From an uncultured Chloroflexia bacterium (GTDB lineage Bacteria > Chloroflexota > Limnocylindria > Limnocylindrales > CSP1-4): DNA of 64,000 nucleotides. This document shows positions 41,846 to 52,031 of the stretch, piece by piece. The stretch is taken from the NCBI GenBank assembly GCA_963812745.1, contig CAWEWE010000005.1:4813-68812 (forward strand), in the 5' to 3' direction. Both the position numbers and the translations under genes were made by a program. The notes under the pieces are model-generated. The model did not search any database. It saw nothing but the letters and a program-made list of their open reading frames with translations, and had not been told where the DNA came from. How positions within the stretch are numbered: the first letter of the stretch is position 1; every line of letters begins with the position of its first letter.

Positions 41846-42840
41846 CGCCACCGTTCGCGGTCGATCGCCGGCGTGCGCCACCACGGGGCGAGCCCGCACG
41901 CCGCGTGGTCGAGGCGATCTTCCCGGACGCGGATGTCGCGTATGTCCATGGCTGGGCCGCGATCGCCGATGCGTTCGATCGGCTCGAGGACCAACGGCCG
42001 GCGACCTGCGGCGCGTATGCGACGTCGTACCTGCTGGCGCCCCTCGGCTATCGGACCGCGGATGGCGTCGACACCACGCGCGAGGACTACCTGGCCTACC
42101 TCGCCGGCACGGTGATCGAGCAGGACGAGCTCGACGACGTCGGCCGCGTGAAGGCGGCCGCCGAGGCGGCCGGGTTGTCCGACAGCGAGGCGATCGAGCG
42201 CTTTCCGCGGACCTGGTACGGCTGGCCGCTGCGCTCCTCCGACGACGATGCGATCACCGGCACCAGCCCCACCGGCACGGCGCGGGCCATCGCCCTCGGA
42301 TCGGGTGGCGAGCTGGTCACGCTGCCCGTCCCGGCGCGTGACCGTGCGGGCGGCGAGATTCTGACGCCGGGGCGCTTCGACGCGCTGCTCGACCTGATCG
42401 AGACGCATCTCGACGACTGGCAGGTCCATCCCATCGCGAACCTCGAGGTCGATCAGCTCCTGGACGCGACGAGTGACGCGTACGACGCTGAAGCGCTCGC
42501 CTCCGCGGACCCTGCGTCGACGATCCCGCGTGAACGGTGGGGTGTCGGGCATTTCGTCGGGATCGGCGCGTTCTGGCGAGACGGTGCCAGCCGGCGTTGG
42601 GTCCTGCTGCTCGACACGTACAAGGCGCGCGGGTTCAGCGGCTACGTCCCGATGCCGGCCGAGTCGCTTCGTCGGGCGGTCGTGCGCGAGGACGGGCGGA
42701 CGGGCGGCCTGCTGCTCGTGCTCCCCCGAGCCGCACTGGACGCCGCCGGCAAGGCTTTCGCAGACCTCGGCCTCGAGATCAGGATATGGGGCAACGGCAG
42801 CCTTGAACCCGAGGGCTGGGAGTGGTCACTCGGCCGTTGA
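41836..42840 (+). CDS. Phytochelatin-synthase-like (peptidase C83, papain-fold) protein
   Basis: PATCGAYATSYLLAPL parallels PAYCGLASLSMVLNAL; VGHFVGIGAF parallels GHFSPIGGY; VLLLDTYKARGF parallels LILDVARFKY. This is the Cys-His-Asp triad with phytochelatin-synthase-like spacing. The start overlaps the upstream stop by 10 nt. Confidence 0.55.
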   Translation: MSVAPPFAVDRRRAPPRGEPARRVVEAIFPDADVAYVHGWAAIADAFDRLEDQRPATCGAYATSYLLAPLGYRTADGVDTTREDYLAYLAGTVIEQDELDDVGRVKAAAEAAGLSDSEAIERFPRTWYGWPLRSSDDDAITGTSPTGTARAIALGSGGELVTLPVPARDRAGGEILTPGRFDALLDLIETHLDDWQVHPIANLEVDQLLDATSDAYDAEALASADPASTIPRERWGVGHFVGIGAFWRDGASRRWVLLLDTYKARGFSGYVPMPAESLRRAVVREDGRTGGLLLVLPRAALDAAGKAFADLGLEIRIWGNGSLEPEGWEWSLGR

Positions 42841-42852
42841 CGCGAGTGGGCT

Positions 42853-42929
42853 TGGGGTGGCCTATGGGGCTCGAACCCATAACCTTCGGAGCCACAATCC
42901 GATGCTCTGCCGATTGAGCTAAGGCCACC
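42853..42929 (-). tRNA. tRNA-His (anticodon GTG)
   Basis: Manually folded cloverleaf: G-1 paired to discriminator C, acceptor stem GTGGCCT/AGGCCAC, D-stem GCTC/GAGC, anticodon stem TCGGA/TCCGA with loop TTGTGGC, T-loop TTCGAGC, and an encoded CCA. Confidence 0.85.
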
Positions 42930-43066
42930 ACGTGCCCGGGGCAGCGCCGGCTGGCGCCATCAGGCCACGGGGCGAACGGGAGTGTAGCGGAAACACGCGA
43001 TGGGATCGCCCGGGCGTATCGGCGGGTCGAACCTCGTCGAGCCGCGACGGCGTTGCCAGCCGGGAT

Positions 43067-43522
43067 CTATGTCCCCGCCAGTACCGGACAGAGCGGCTCC
43101 AGGTGGCCACGAAGCTCGCCTGTGACCAGATTCACACGCCCGGAGAAGTCATTCAGGCCAGGTTCGAACCCGACCGGTCCTCCGACGCGACCCGAAGCAT
43201 ATGACTCACCTGTCTTGAGGAACGTGTGGAACGGCCCGGAGATCTTGATCGTGACCGTGACGCCGTTCGAGGGATTCGTCATCGTTGCCACGAGTCTCCC
43301 AGTGATGATCTGCTTCACCGGCTCCCCGGCGCTGTCGAAGAAAGTCGTGATGAACTCTTGCTGTACCGGGAACGTCACGACGACGAGGAAGCCGCAGCTC
43401 GTGTCCTCGATGACATCGGGCAATACGAACGGCTCGCGCACCGGCTCATTCGCCAGGGCTGGGCTCGCCATTGTCAGAACCGTCACGAGGCACAACGTCG
43501 CAGAGAGCCAGAGGCGTCGCAT
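43067..43522 (-). CDS. Secreted hypothetical protein
   Basis: Signal peptide MRRLWLSATLCLVTVLTMASPALA. The longer annotated ORF is a run-on. Confidence 0.45.
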   Translation of the reverse strand: MRRLWLSATLCLVTVLTMASPALANEPVREPFVLPDVIEDTSCGFLVVVTFPVQQEFITTFFDSAGEPVKQIITGRLVATMTNPSNGVTVTIKISGPFHTFLKTGESYASGRVGGPVGFEPGLNDFSGRVNLVTGELRGHLEPLCPVLAGT

Positions 43523-43789
43523 CGCCAGTCCTCCTTGTCGGGTCGACCTGTGCGCCCCACAACGGCCGAGGCAACCCGGACATCGACCGTCTGCATCGAG
43601 TCCCCGATCCGGTGCCCAGCATATGCCGCCCCAGTCGCAGGGCAAGCCCTCCGGTGCCGATCGGCACCACAAGGCGCACTGCCGGGTGCGTGTCAAGACG
43701 ACCATGCCCCCGACCGTTTCGACCTCCCAGGTCGGGGCGGGCAGGTGTAGAGTGCGGCTCCCTCCTCTCGCGCGATCCGAGGTGGTCTG

Positions 43790-44710
43790 ATGGCCAAGAA
43801 GCCGACGTCGACCGATCGCAAGGCCAGACATGGCGCAAAAGCTCGCCACGACCGGACGAACGGGACCGGCGATGGGCGTGCGGCTGCCGATGCGTCGGTG
43901 GCGCTCCTCGACGAGCCGCCTGAACGAGCGGCGAAGTCCTTGTCGAACAAGGACTACCTAGCTGAGCTCGCGCGGCTGCAGATCGAGCTCGTCAAGTTGC
44001 AGGAATGGATCCGCCACAAGGGCCTCAAGGTCGTCGTGCTCTTCGAGGGTCGCGACGCGGCCGGCAAGGGTGGCGCGATCAAGCGCATCACCGAGAGCAT
44101 GAGCCCGCGTGTCGCCCGGGTCGTCGCGCTGCCGGCGCCGACCGAGCGCGAGAAGACCGAGTGGTACTTCCAACGCTACGTCGCGCACCTGCCGGCGGCC
44201 GGCGAGATGGTCCTGTTCGATCGCTCCTGGTACAACCGTGCCGGCGTCGAGCGCGTGATGGGCTTCTGCACCGAGAAGGAATATCGCGAGTTCATGCGCT
44301 CGACCCCGGAGTTCGAGCGGATGCTGGTCCGATCCGGCATCAAGCTGATCAAGTACTGGTTCTCGGTCAGTGATGCGGAGCAGGAACGCCGGTTCCGGCA
44401 GCGGATCGAGGATCCTACGCGCCGCTGGAAGCTGAGCCCGATGGACCTCGAGTCACGATCCAAATGGGTCGAGTACTCACGCGCCAAGGATGAGATGTTT
44501 CGCTACACCGACATCACACAGGCCCCCTGGTTCGTCGTGAACTCGGACAACAAGAAGCGCGCGCGGCTCAACGTCATGAGCCATCTGCTCAGCCAGATTT
44601 CGTACAGGGACCTGACCCCGCCGCCGATCAAGCTGCCGCGACGCCAGAAGGACGACGGGTACGTCCGCCCGCCGCTCGCCGACCAGAAGTTCGTCCCCGA
44701 GCTGTTCTAG
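43790..44710 (+). CDS. Polyphosphate kinase 2 family (PPK2)
   Basis: PPK2 fold with Walker A-like GRDAAGKGG and YxxRY, plus an N-terminal basic extension. Confidence 0.8.
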   Translation: MAKKPTSTDRKARHGAKARHDRTNGTGDGRAAADASVALLDEPPERAAKSLSNKDYLAELARLQIELVKLQEWIRHKGLKVVVLFEGRDAAGKGGAIKRITESMSPRVARVVALPAPTEREKTEWYFQRYVAHLPAAGEMVLFDRSWYNRAGVERVMGFCTEKEYREFMRSTPEFERMLVRSGIKLIKYWFSVSDAEQERRFRQRIEDPTRRWKLSPMDLESRSKWVEYSRAKDEMFRYTDITQAPWFVVNSDNKKRARLNVMSHLLSQISYRDLTPPPIKLPRRQKDDGYVRPPLADQKFVPELF

Positions 44711-44723
44711 GGCTCGGTCTTCC

Positions 44724-46232
44724 CTAGACCGGTTCTTCCTGGAAGACCACGTCCCGTTTGCGGCGGATCGCCGGAAGCAATGCGAGCGCCAGTGCGACGG
44801 CTGCCACGATCAGCAGGGCGAGTGAGACCGGCCGGGTCAGGAATGTCGTCGGGTCACCGTGCGAGATGATCAGTGCGCGGCGCATGTGGTTCTCCAGGAG
44901 CGGTCCCAGGACGAACCCGAGCAGGAGCGGTGCCGGTTCTCCGCCGAGCTTGATGAGGACATAGCCCAGGAGGCCGAAGAATGCGATCGCGTAGATGTCG
45001 AACACGTTCTGGTTGATCGAGTACGTCCCGATGCACGCGAACGCCACGATCGCCGGGAACAGCACGCGGTAGGGGACTTTCAGTAGGCGGACCCAGATGC
45101 CGATCAGGGGCAGATTGAGCAGGACGAGGATCAGATTCCCGATCCACATCGAGACGACGAGGCCCCAAAACAGCGCAGGCTCGTCCTCGATGACCTGTGG
45201 GCCGGGCGTGATGCCCTGGATGATGAACGCACCGACCATCAGCGCCATCACGGGGTGGGCGGGTAGCCCGAGTGTCAGCAAAGGGATGAACGACGTCTGC
45301 GCCGCCGCGTTGTTCGCGGCCTCGGGGCCGGCGACACCTTCGATCGCGCCATGGCCGAAGGTCTTCGGTTCCTTCGACACACGCTTTTCGACGCTGTAGG
45401 ACGCGAAGGAGGCGAGCACGTGGCCCGCGCCCGGGAGGACTCCGAGCGCCGACCCGAGGGCCGTGCCGCGCAGGATGGGCGCGACGATGCGGCCAAGATC
45501 GGCCCGTGACGGGAGCAGGTTCGAGACGGAGCGCACGATGACGTCGCGGCCGCGTTCGACCTCGAGGTTGCGCAGGATCTCGGCGATCCCGAACATGCCG
45601 ACCGCGACCGACACGAAGCTGATGCCGCCGTACAGCTCGCGGTTTCCGAACGTGAAGCGTGGGGTGGCCGTGTAGAGGTCCTGACCGACGGTCCCGAACA
45701 GGAGCCCGAGCAGGATCATCGCCAGGGCCTTGATCGTCGAGCCGCGGGCCAACGTGGTGGACGCGATCAGCCCGAGGACGACGAGCGAGAAGAACTCGGC
45801 TGAGCCGAAGCCGAGTGCGATGCTCGCGAGTGCGGGGGCGAACAGGACCAGGACGAGCGTGCCGATCGTGCCCGCGAAGAACGATCCGATCGCCGCCGCG
45901 GCGAGCGCGGGGCCGGCGCGGCCCTGTCGTGCCATCTCGTGGCCGTCGATGGCGGTCACCGCGGACGATGTCTCGCCCGGCATGTTGATGAGGATCGCTG
46001 TGGTCGACCCGCCGTACTGGGCGCCGTAGTAGATGCCGGCGAGCATGATCAACGACGTCACGGGTTCGAACGTGAAGGTGATCGGCAGGAGCATCGCGAT
46101 GGTCGCGGTAGGACCGATCCCGGGGAGGACGCCGACGAGCGTCCCGAGGAATACGCCGACGAAACACCAGAGCAGGTTTTCCGGGCTGAGGGCCGTGGTC
46201 AGCCCGAGGGCGAGGTTCTCGAGGAGATCCAT
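44724..46232 (-). CDS. tctA: Tripartite tricarboxylate transporter permease TctA
   Basis: 502-aa multi-TM TctA family protein. Confidence 0.8.
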   Translation of the reverse strand: MDLLENLALGLTTALSPENLLWCFVGVFLGTLVGVLPGIGPTATIAMLLPITFTFEPVTSLIMLAGIYYGAQYGGSTTAILINMPGETSSAVTAIDGHEMARQGRAGPALAAAAIGSFFAGTIGTLVLVLFAPALASIALGFGSAEFFSLVVLGLIASTTLARGSTIKALAMILLGLLFGTVGQDLYTATPRFTFGNRELYGGISFVSVAVGMFGIAEILRNLEVERGRDVIVRSVSNLLPSRADLGRIVAPILRGTALGSALGVLPGAGHVLASFASYSVEKRVSKEPKTFGHGAIEGVAGPEAANNAAAQTSFIPLLTLGLPAHPVMALMVGAFIIQGITPGPQVIEDEPALFWGLVVSMWIGNLILVLLNLPLIGIWVRLLKVPYRVLFPAIVAFACIGTYSINQNVFDIYAIAFFGLLGYVLIKLGGEPAPLLLGFVLGPLLENHMRRALIISHGDPTTFLTRPVSLALLIVAAVALALALLPAIRRKRDVVFQEEPV

Positions 46233-46241
46233 CGTCGTGCC

Positions 46242-46709
46242 CTAGATCGGGATCCACGGGCCGACGAGCGGCACCCGAACGCTCAGGGCGACCACGAAGA
46301 TCGCTACGCTCAGTACCGTCAAACCGACCGCCAGCAGCACCGCCAAGGGAAGCCTGGTCTCCCGGCTCGCGAGCGATGCCAGCAGCGAGGTCACGAAGAT
46401 GGTCGGGACGAGGCCGAGACCGCGCACCGTCAGCCCGAACACGAGGATGGCCCCGAGGATCAGGCCGGCGGCCCGCCACGGCGGCGCGGTGATCGCTTCG
46501 TCATCCGGCTCGGACGACCGTGTCACGGCGATCAGCACGCCCAGGATCGCGAGCAGGACGCCGACGATCAGTGGGAAGAAACCCGGCCCCATGCGCACGG
46601 GATCGCCGATGTCGTAGGCCAACGCGCCGACCGCGAACGCCAGGCCGAAGCCGACGAAGGTCAGCCCGGCAAGGATGTCCTTCGCGGACCGCTGCATGGG
46701 CACTCTCAC
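46242..46709 (-). CDS. tctB: Tripartite tricarboxylate transporter TctB small subunit
   Basis: 155-aa, 4-TM protein lying between tctC and tctA. Confidence 0.65.
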   Translation of the reverse strand: MRVPMQRSAKDILAGLTFVGFGLAFAVGALAYDIGDPVRMGPGFFPLIVGVLLAILGVLIAVTRSSEPDDEAITAPPWRAAGLILGAILVFGLTVRGLGLVPTIFVTSLLASLASRETRLPLAVLLAVGLTVLSVAIFVVALSVRVPLVGPWIPI

Positions 46710-46794
46710 GGCAACTCGCCTCGCGCGGCTGCCGCCGATACTAGGGCCGGACGACGGGCGTCGCCCGGCCCGAACGCGCTACTACTTGGCGGCG

Positions 46795-47904
46795 TCAGCT
46801 CCCGGCGCCGGCGAGCAGAGGCTTCCAGACGTCGATCTGCTCCTGGAGCTTGGCTGTGTGCGCCTCCGGGGTGGCCTGATCGGCGGCGACCGGCGTGGTC
46901 CCGAGCTCGGCGAACTTGGAGACCACGTTGGCGTCGGTCAATGCCCCCTGGAGGGCCTGCGTCAGCGTCGCAACGACCTCGTCCGGCGTCTCGGCCGGCA
47001 CATACAGCCCGTGCCACACCCTGACCTGGACGTCCGGCAGACCGCCCTCGGTCGTGGTCGGCACGTCGGGCAACGCGTCGATCCGCTCAGGGCTGGTGAT
47101 CGCGTACGCCTTGATGCTGCCAGCCTTGATCTGTGTCGTCGTGTTGGTGGTCTGGTCGCACATGAAATGGACCTGGTTGCCGAGCAGGTCGTCCATCGCG
47201 GGACCAGTGCCCTCGTACTCGACTTCGGTCACGTCCGCGCCGACGGCCTGCTCGATGAGCAGTCCGCACAGGTGGGACGCCGCGCCGATGCCCGCATTGG
47301 CGTAGTTGACCGTCCCCGCGTTGGCCTTGAGGTGGTCGACAAGCTCCTGCAGGGTGTTTGGCGCGAACTCGGTGCCGCCGACGATGGTCATCGGCACCTC
47401 GGTCACAAGGCCGATGGTCTTGAACGACGTCAACGGGTCGTACGGCAGATCCGGATAGAGCGACGGCGCCGTCGACATGCCGATGTGGTGCATCAGCACG
47501 GTGTAGCCGTCCGGATCCGCCTCCGCGACCTGTCCAGCCGCCACTGTGCCACCCGCGCCTGCGACGTTGGTGACGACGATCTGCTGGCCCAGGGTCGCGC
47601 TCATCGGCTCTGCGACCAGCCGCGTCACCGTGTCGGTCGGGCCACCGGCGGCGAACGGGACCACGAACGTGATCGGGCCCGTCGGCTCCCAGGCTGCCAG
47701 GCTCGCCGAGGCGCTGGGTGAAGCGGCATCGGCGCTCGCGGAGGCCGCGGGCGCGCTCGTGGCGGGTGCCGCGGGGGAGCCTGAGCCGGTACCGCACGCG
47801 CCAGCGATCAGCGCGATCGTTGCGAGCCCTGCGATCGATCGAAGCCGGCGTCGAGGTGCCGGACTGGAAGGTTGGATGTCTGCGAACGACACGACCGTGG
47901 TCAT
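46795..47904 (-). CDS. tctC: Tripartite tricarboxylate transporter substrate-binding lipoprotein TctC
   Basis: Lipobox LIAGACG and a Bug/TctC fold. Confidence 0.75.
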   Translation of the reverse strand: MTTVVSFADIQPSSPAPRRRLRSIAGLATIALIAGACGTGSGSPAAPATSAPAASASADAASPSASASLAAWEPTGPITFVVPFAAGGPTDTVTRLVAEPMSATLGQQIVVTNVAGAGGTVAAGQVAEADPDGYTVLMHHIGMSTAPSLYPDLPYDPLTSFKTIGLVTEVPMTIVGGTEFAPNTLQELVDHLKANAGTVNYANAGIGAASHLCGLLIEQAVGADVTEVEYEGTGPAMDDLLGNQVHFMCDQTTNTTTQIKAGSIKAYAITSPERIDALPDVPTTTEGGLPDVQVRVWHGLYVPAETPDEVVATLTQALQGALTDANVVSKFAELGTTPVAADQATPEAHTAKLQEQIDVWKPLLAGAGS

Positions 47905-48079
47905 GGTTCACCTCCATATGGCGAGGCCGCCACTCCTCCTGACCTGGGTCGAGCCTACCATCCAAGGCTTCGCCGAAGCCTTTCGACTTCCTTACGGATC
48001 GGGCCACGACGAACGACGACCGCGCCGTCCGGCGCGGTCGTCAGGTTCCGTTGTCGGGGCGGCTCGATGGCCGCCGCCG

Positions 48080-49200
48080 TCACTCCGAGTCGGGTCGGTT
48101 CTCCGAGCCGGCGTGCGTCGGCGCCGTCCACGGTGCGACGGACCGCAGGAGGCGGACCGCGGCGCTGGTGTGGTCGATCGTCGCGGCGACATGCTCACGA
48201 TCCGGCTCGGGCTCCGGCGTCGGGGAGGGCCAGGTCTGGTCGGCCGTCGCCGCTGGATCCATGACCGGTACCGGCTCGGTGGTCGTGCCGGACGCTTCGT
48301 CGGTGACGGTGGCTGCGGGCGACTCGATCGCCGTCATCCCGTCGCCCTCGCCGGTGCCGTTCGTCGCGTCGACGTCCGCCGTCGGCAGAACGAACGCCGC
48401 CGCCGGCGACTCGGCGTCGGCGACCACGTCGGCGGGCTCGACCGGCGGATCGTTCGGACTGTCGTCGATGACGACGGCCTCCGCGACGGCTGCGGTCTCG
48501 GCCGCAGCCTCGGTCGCGACCGCGGCCTGGCGTCCGGCTCGGCCGGCTGCTCCGGCTCGGCCGGCTGCTCCGGCTCGACGAACATCGCAACGGCGCTGGC
48601 CCTGGCCGTGGCACGGACCTGGTCGAGATCGGGCCCCGCCGGCAGTGCCTCGGCGCGGGCCACGATGGCGGCCGGGTCGCCTGCCTCGGAAAGCTCAGCG
48701 AAGAATCGATCGAGCGTCGTGCCGTAGTCGGCCACGGCCGCGTCGACGCCTTCGATCTCCTTCTCGATGATCGCATCGTGCTGCCTGAGGTAGTCGTCGA
48801 GGCTGGAGCGGCGGTCGGCGATCCGCTGGTCCGCTTCGGAGCGGACGCGATCCACCTCGCTCTTCGCCCATTCCTCGATGTGGTCGACGTCTTCCTCGGC
48901 GAGCCGCTTCAGCTCCTCGGTCTCGATCGCGGCGCGTGCGCGGACCTTGTCGATGTGCGCGGCCGCGTCGTCGGCGACACGGGCCGCGATCGTCTCGCGC
49001 TCACGCTCGGCGGTGGCGCGCATCGCGTTGGCAAGCTCGGACAGGAAACCTGGCCGTAGCCCGCCGCTGTCGATGCGGTGCGGCTGCTCGGCGGTAGGCG
49101 GATCGGCCTCGGTCACCCCGGGCGATTCCGTCGTCCCGACCACCGACGTGCCATTGACATGACTCGCTTCCGGGATCATCGGATCGTCGTTCTGGTCCAT
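48080..49200 (-). CDS. Hypothetical alpha-helical/coiled-coil protein with acidic Pro/Glu-rich C-terminal tail (paralog A), one frameshift
   Basis: Starts at MDQNDD. A conserved roughly 170-aa helical core is shared with the gene at 52281-53192. An 18-bp tandem repeat (EPEQPA x2) sits at the frameshift near 48545. Confidence 0.5.
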
Positions 49201-49334
49201 TCGTCCTGCCTCGTGGGCAGACGAACGTACCGCGTCGTCAACGGTTTTGGCAACACCCACCTGGTGTTGTGGCGTCTGGTGTGGTGCAGCGGGGAACCGC
49301 CCATCAGGCGAACCGGCCGTGACATCATGCCGGC

Positions 49335-50990
49335 ATGGTCCTCGATCCACGGGCGGGACAGCCCGCCGACCCGGCCACGCTGGTCGATGTCGACGCGCTG
49401 ATCGCGGCCTACCACGACCGGCGACCCGACCCGTCGGACCCCGCCCAGCGGGTGGCCTTCGGCACCTCCGGCCACCGCGGTTCGTCGTTGCGTGGCTCGT
49501 TCAACGAGGCCCACATCCTGGCCACCACCGAGGCGATCTGTCGTTATCGCGTGCAGCGCGGCTACAGCGGGCCGTTGTTCATCGGCCGCGACACGCACGC
49601 GCTGTCGGCGCCGGCGACACGGACCGCGCTGTCCGTGCTGGTCGCCCGCAACGTGGAGACCCGCGTCGATGCGGCGGACGGGTTCACGCCGACGCCCGCC
49701 GTGTCGCACGCCATCCTCGTCGCGAACCGGCCCAAGGACAGCTGGCGCCACCTGGCCGACGGGATCGTGGTCACGCCGTCCCACAACCCGCCGGACGACG
49801 GCGGTTTCAAGTACAACCCGCCCAACGGCGGGCCGGCCGACACCGAGGTCACGAGCTGGATCCAGGACGAGGCGAACCGGATCCTCGAGTCGCCAGGCTC
49901 CGAGGGTCTCGATGGGATCGCCCGCGCGTCCGACCACGAGATCGATCGGGCGGTGACGCCGTACGACTTCCTCGGGCAGTACGTCGACGACCTGGGCGCC
50001 GTGATCGACATGGACGCGATCCGCGGATCCGGGCTGCGCATCGGCGTCGACCCGATGGGTGGCGCTTCGGTCGCCTATTGGGGCGCCATCCGCGACCGGT
50101 ACGGGCTCGACCTGACGGTCACCAACGAGACCATCGATCCGACCTTCGGGTTCATGACGCTCGACTGGGACGGCAAGATCCGGATGGACCCGTCGTCGCC
50201 GCACGCGATGGCGCGGCTGGTCGGGCTTCGTGATCGGTTCGATATCGCGCTTGGCAATGACGCCGATGCCGATCGCCACGGGGTCGTCACCCCGGCGCGG
50301 GGTCTGCTCAACCCGAACCACGTGCTGAGCGCGGCGATCGCGTACCTGTTCGGTGGGGCGCGTGCGTGGGGAGCGGATGTCGGCGTCGGCAAGACGATCG
50401 TCTCGTCGTCGATGATCGACCGCGTCGTGGGCGACCTCGGCCGGCGCCTGTTCGAGGTACCGGTCGGGTTCAAATGGTTCGTCGATGGGCTGGTCGATGG
50501 GTCGCTGGGGTTCGGCGGCGAGGAGAGCGCCGGCGCCTCGTTCCTGCGACGCGACGGCACCGTCTGGACGACAGACAAGGACGGGATCATCGCGGACCTG
50601 CTCGCGTGCGAGCTGACCGCCAGGGCCGGCCACGATCCGGGCGAGGCGTATGCGGGTCTCACCGAACGCTTCGGCGCGCCGGTCTACCGGCGCATCGACC
50701 AGCGGGCGACGCCGGCCCAGAAGGCCGCGCTCGGCCGGCTGGCACCGACCGACGTGACCGCGACCGAGCTGGCGGGCGATCCCATCACCGCCATCCTCAC
50801 GAGTGCGCCGGGCAACGGCGCCCCCATCGGCGGGCTGAAGGTCTCGACCGACTTCGGCTGGTTCGCCGCACGGCCGTCCGGCACCGAGGACGTCGCCAAG
50901 GTCTACGCGGAGAGCTTCCGGGGCGACGACCATCTGGCGCGGTTGCTCGAGGAGGCGCAGGCCCTGGTCGCTGCCGTCGCGGGGTCCTAG
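49335..50990 (+). CDS. pgm: Phosphoglucomutase (alpha-D-glucose phosphate-specific)
   Basis: Active-site TPSHNP, an FGGEESAG sugar-binding loop and 551 aa. Confidence 0.85.
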   Translation: MVLDPRAGQPADPATLVDVDALIAAYHDRRPDPSDPAQRVAFGTSGHRGSSLRGSFNEAHILATTEAICRYRVQRGYSGPLFIGRDTHALSAPATRTALSVLVARNVETRVDAADGFTPTPAVSHAILVANRPKDSWRHLADGIVVTPSHNPPDDGGFKYNPPNGGPADTEVTSWIQDEANRILESPGSEGLDGIARASDHEIDRAVTPYDFLGQYVDDLGAVIDMDAIRGSGLRIGVDPMGGASVAYWGAIRDRYGLDLTVTNETIDPTFGFMTLDWDGKIRMDPSSPHAMARLVGLRDRFDIALGNDADADRHGVVTPARGLLNPNHVLSAAIAYLFGGARAWGADVGVGKTIVSSSMIDRVVGDLGRRLFEVPVGFKWFVDGLVDGSLGFGGEESAGASFLRRDGTVWTTDKDGIIADLLACELTARAGHDPGEAYAGLTERFGAPVYRRIDQRATPAQKAALGRLAPTDVTATELAGDPITAILTSAPGNGAPIGGLKVSTDFGWFAARPSGTEDVAKVYAESFRGDDHLARLLEEAQALVAAVAGS

Positions 50991-51018
50991 CGGCCGAACA
51001 GCGGGATGCGGGCGCCGG
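50986..51018. repeat. 33-bp direct repeat copy 1 (duplicate of the 3' end of the SDR gene at 51226-51258)
   Basis: 32/33 identity: CTAGCGGCCGAACAGCGGGATGCG(G/C)GCGCCGGT. Copy 1 gives the spurious 74-aa minus ORF the same [11 protein letters not shown]-terminus as the SDR. Confidence 0.6.
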
Positions 51019-51224
51019 TCGAACGGCTCCAGCCCAAACAAAGCCGCGGTGAACATGAAGTTCGAGCATGAGCGCCACCTTCCGGTTGGCGCCAGCCCCC
51101 AGAACCGGCCGTAGGTGCGCCCCACGCTGCGTTCTGCATGATCGACGGGCCATTAGGGCCCTCCGGAACTCGCTCGATGGTGGGAAGGATGTGGTCATGC
51201 GCGTCGTGCATTGTCGCTAGATGA

Positions 51225-51932
51225 CTAGCGGCCGAACAGCGGGATGCGCGCGCCGGTGATCGCGGCCGCGTCGTCGGACGCGAGGAAGCGGAAGACGGCA
51301 GCGATCTCCTCGGGCGTGGTCCATGACGTCTTCTTGGGGTCGGTCGTCCGCTCCCTCGCCTCGTCGATCGCCTTGACGATTACGAGGTTCACGGTCACGC
51401 CAGTGTCGGCCGTCTCGCGCGCGAGCGTGCCCAGCAGCGACTCCTCGGCCGACTTGCCGATCGCGTAGGGCGCCAGCTTCGGAGCCGGCTCGGCGGCGGG
51501 CGGCGCGGAGACCGCCATCACCCGACCCCAGCCGCGCTCGACCATGCCGGGCACCACGGCCTGCGCGACATGCAGGGTCGTCCACAGGTGCTGGTCGAGC
51601 ATCTCCGCCACGTCGGCGGGATCGAGCTCGGCGACAGGCGTCCCGCCGGACCAGCCGCCGACGAGGTGGACCAGGACGTCGATGCGGCCCAGGGCGGCTT
51701 CCGTCGCGGTCAATGCGTCCCGGGTGGCGTCACGGTCACGCAGATCGACCAGGACGGGCATCCAGCGATCGGCGTCGAGGCCGAGATCGGTGGCCAGGTC
51801 GCGCAAGGGGGCTTCTTCGGTGCCGGCCAATGCGAGGCGGGCGCCCGCATCGGCGAAGGTTCGCGCCGTGACGCGGCCGAGCTCACCGGTCGCGCCGGTG
51901 ATGAGCACCACTCGATCGGTCGTCGAGGCCAC
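51225..51932 (-). CDS. SDR family NAD(P)-dependent oxidoreductase
   Basis: Rossmann VVLITGATGELG, catalytic YxxxK (YAIGK), GTG start at 51932. Confidence 0.75.
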   Translation of the reverse strand: MASTTDRVVLITGATGELGRVTARTFADAGARLALAGTEEAPLRDLATDLGLDADRWMPVLVDLRDRDATRDALTATEAALGRIDVLVHLVGGWSGGTPVAELDPADVAEMLDQHLWTTLHVAQAVVPGMVERGWGRVMAVSAPPAAEPAPKLAPYAIGKSAEESLLGTLARETADTGVTVNLVIVKAIDEARERTTDPKKTSWTTPEEIAAVFRFLASDDAAAITGARIPLFGR

Positions 51933-52031
51933 GTTCTGAAGTCTGCCACCGTCCCTGGGCTGTGGGCGCCGGAGCCAGGACGCGCGCACTCCGCTCCGCA
52001 TCCGAGCGCTTGATCGCGGCCATCGGTCGCG

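Noticed and set aside
42853-44710. tRNA-His as a possible genomic-island integration site.
   Set aside because: No integrase, recombinase or direct repeat of the tRNA 3' end lies nearby. The neighbours (a small secreted protein, PPK2, tctCBA) look like core genes.
44700-44730. CTAGGG...CCCTAG short hairpin between the convergent PPK2 and tctA genes, as a possible bidirectional terminator.
   Set aside because: The stem is only 6 bp with no U-tract, so evidence for an intrinsic terminator is weak. I note it but do not call it.
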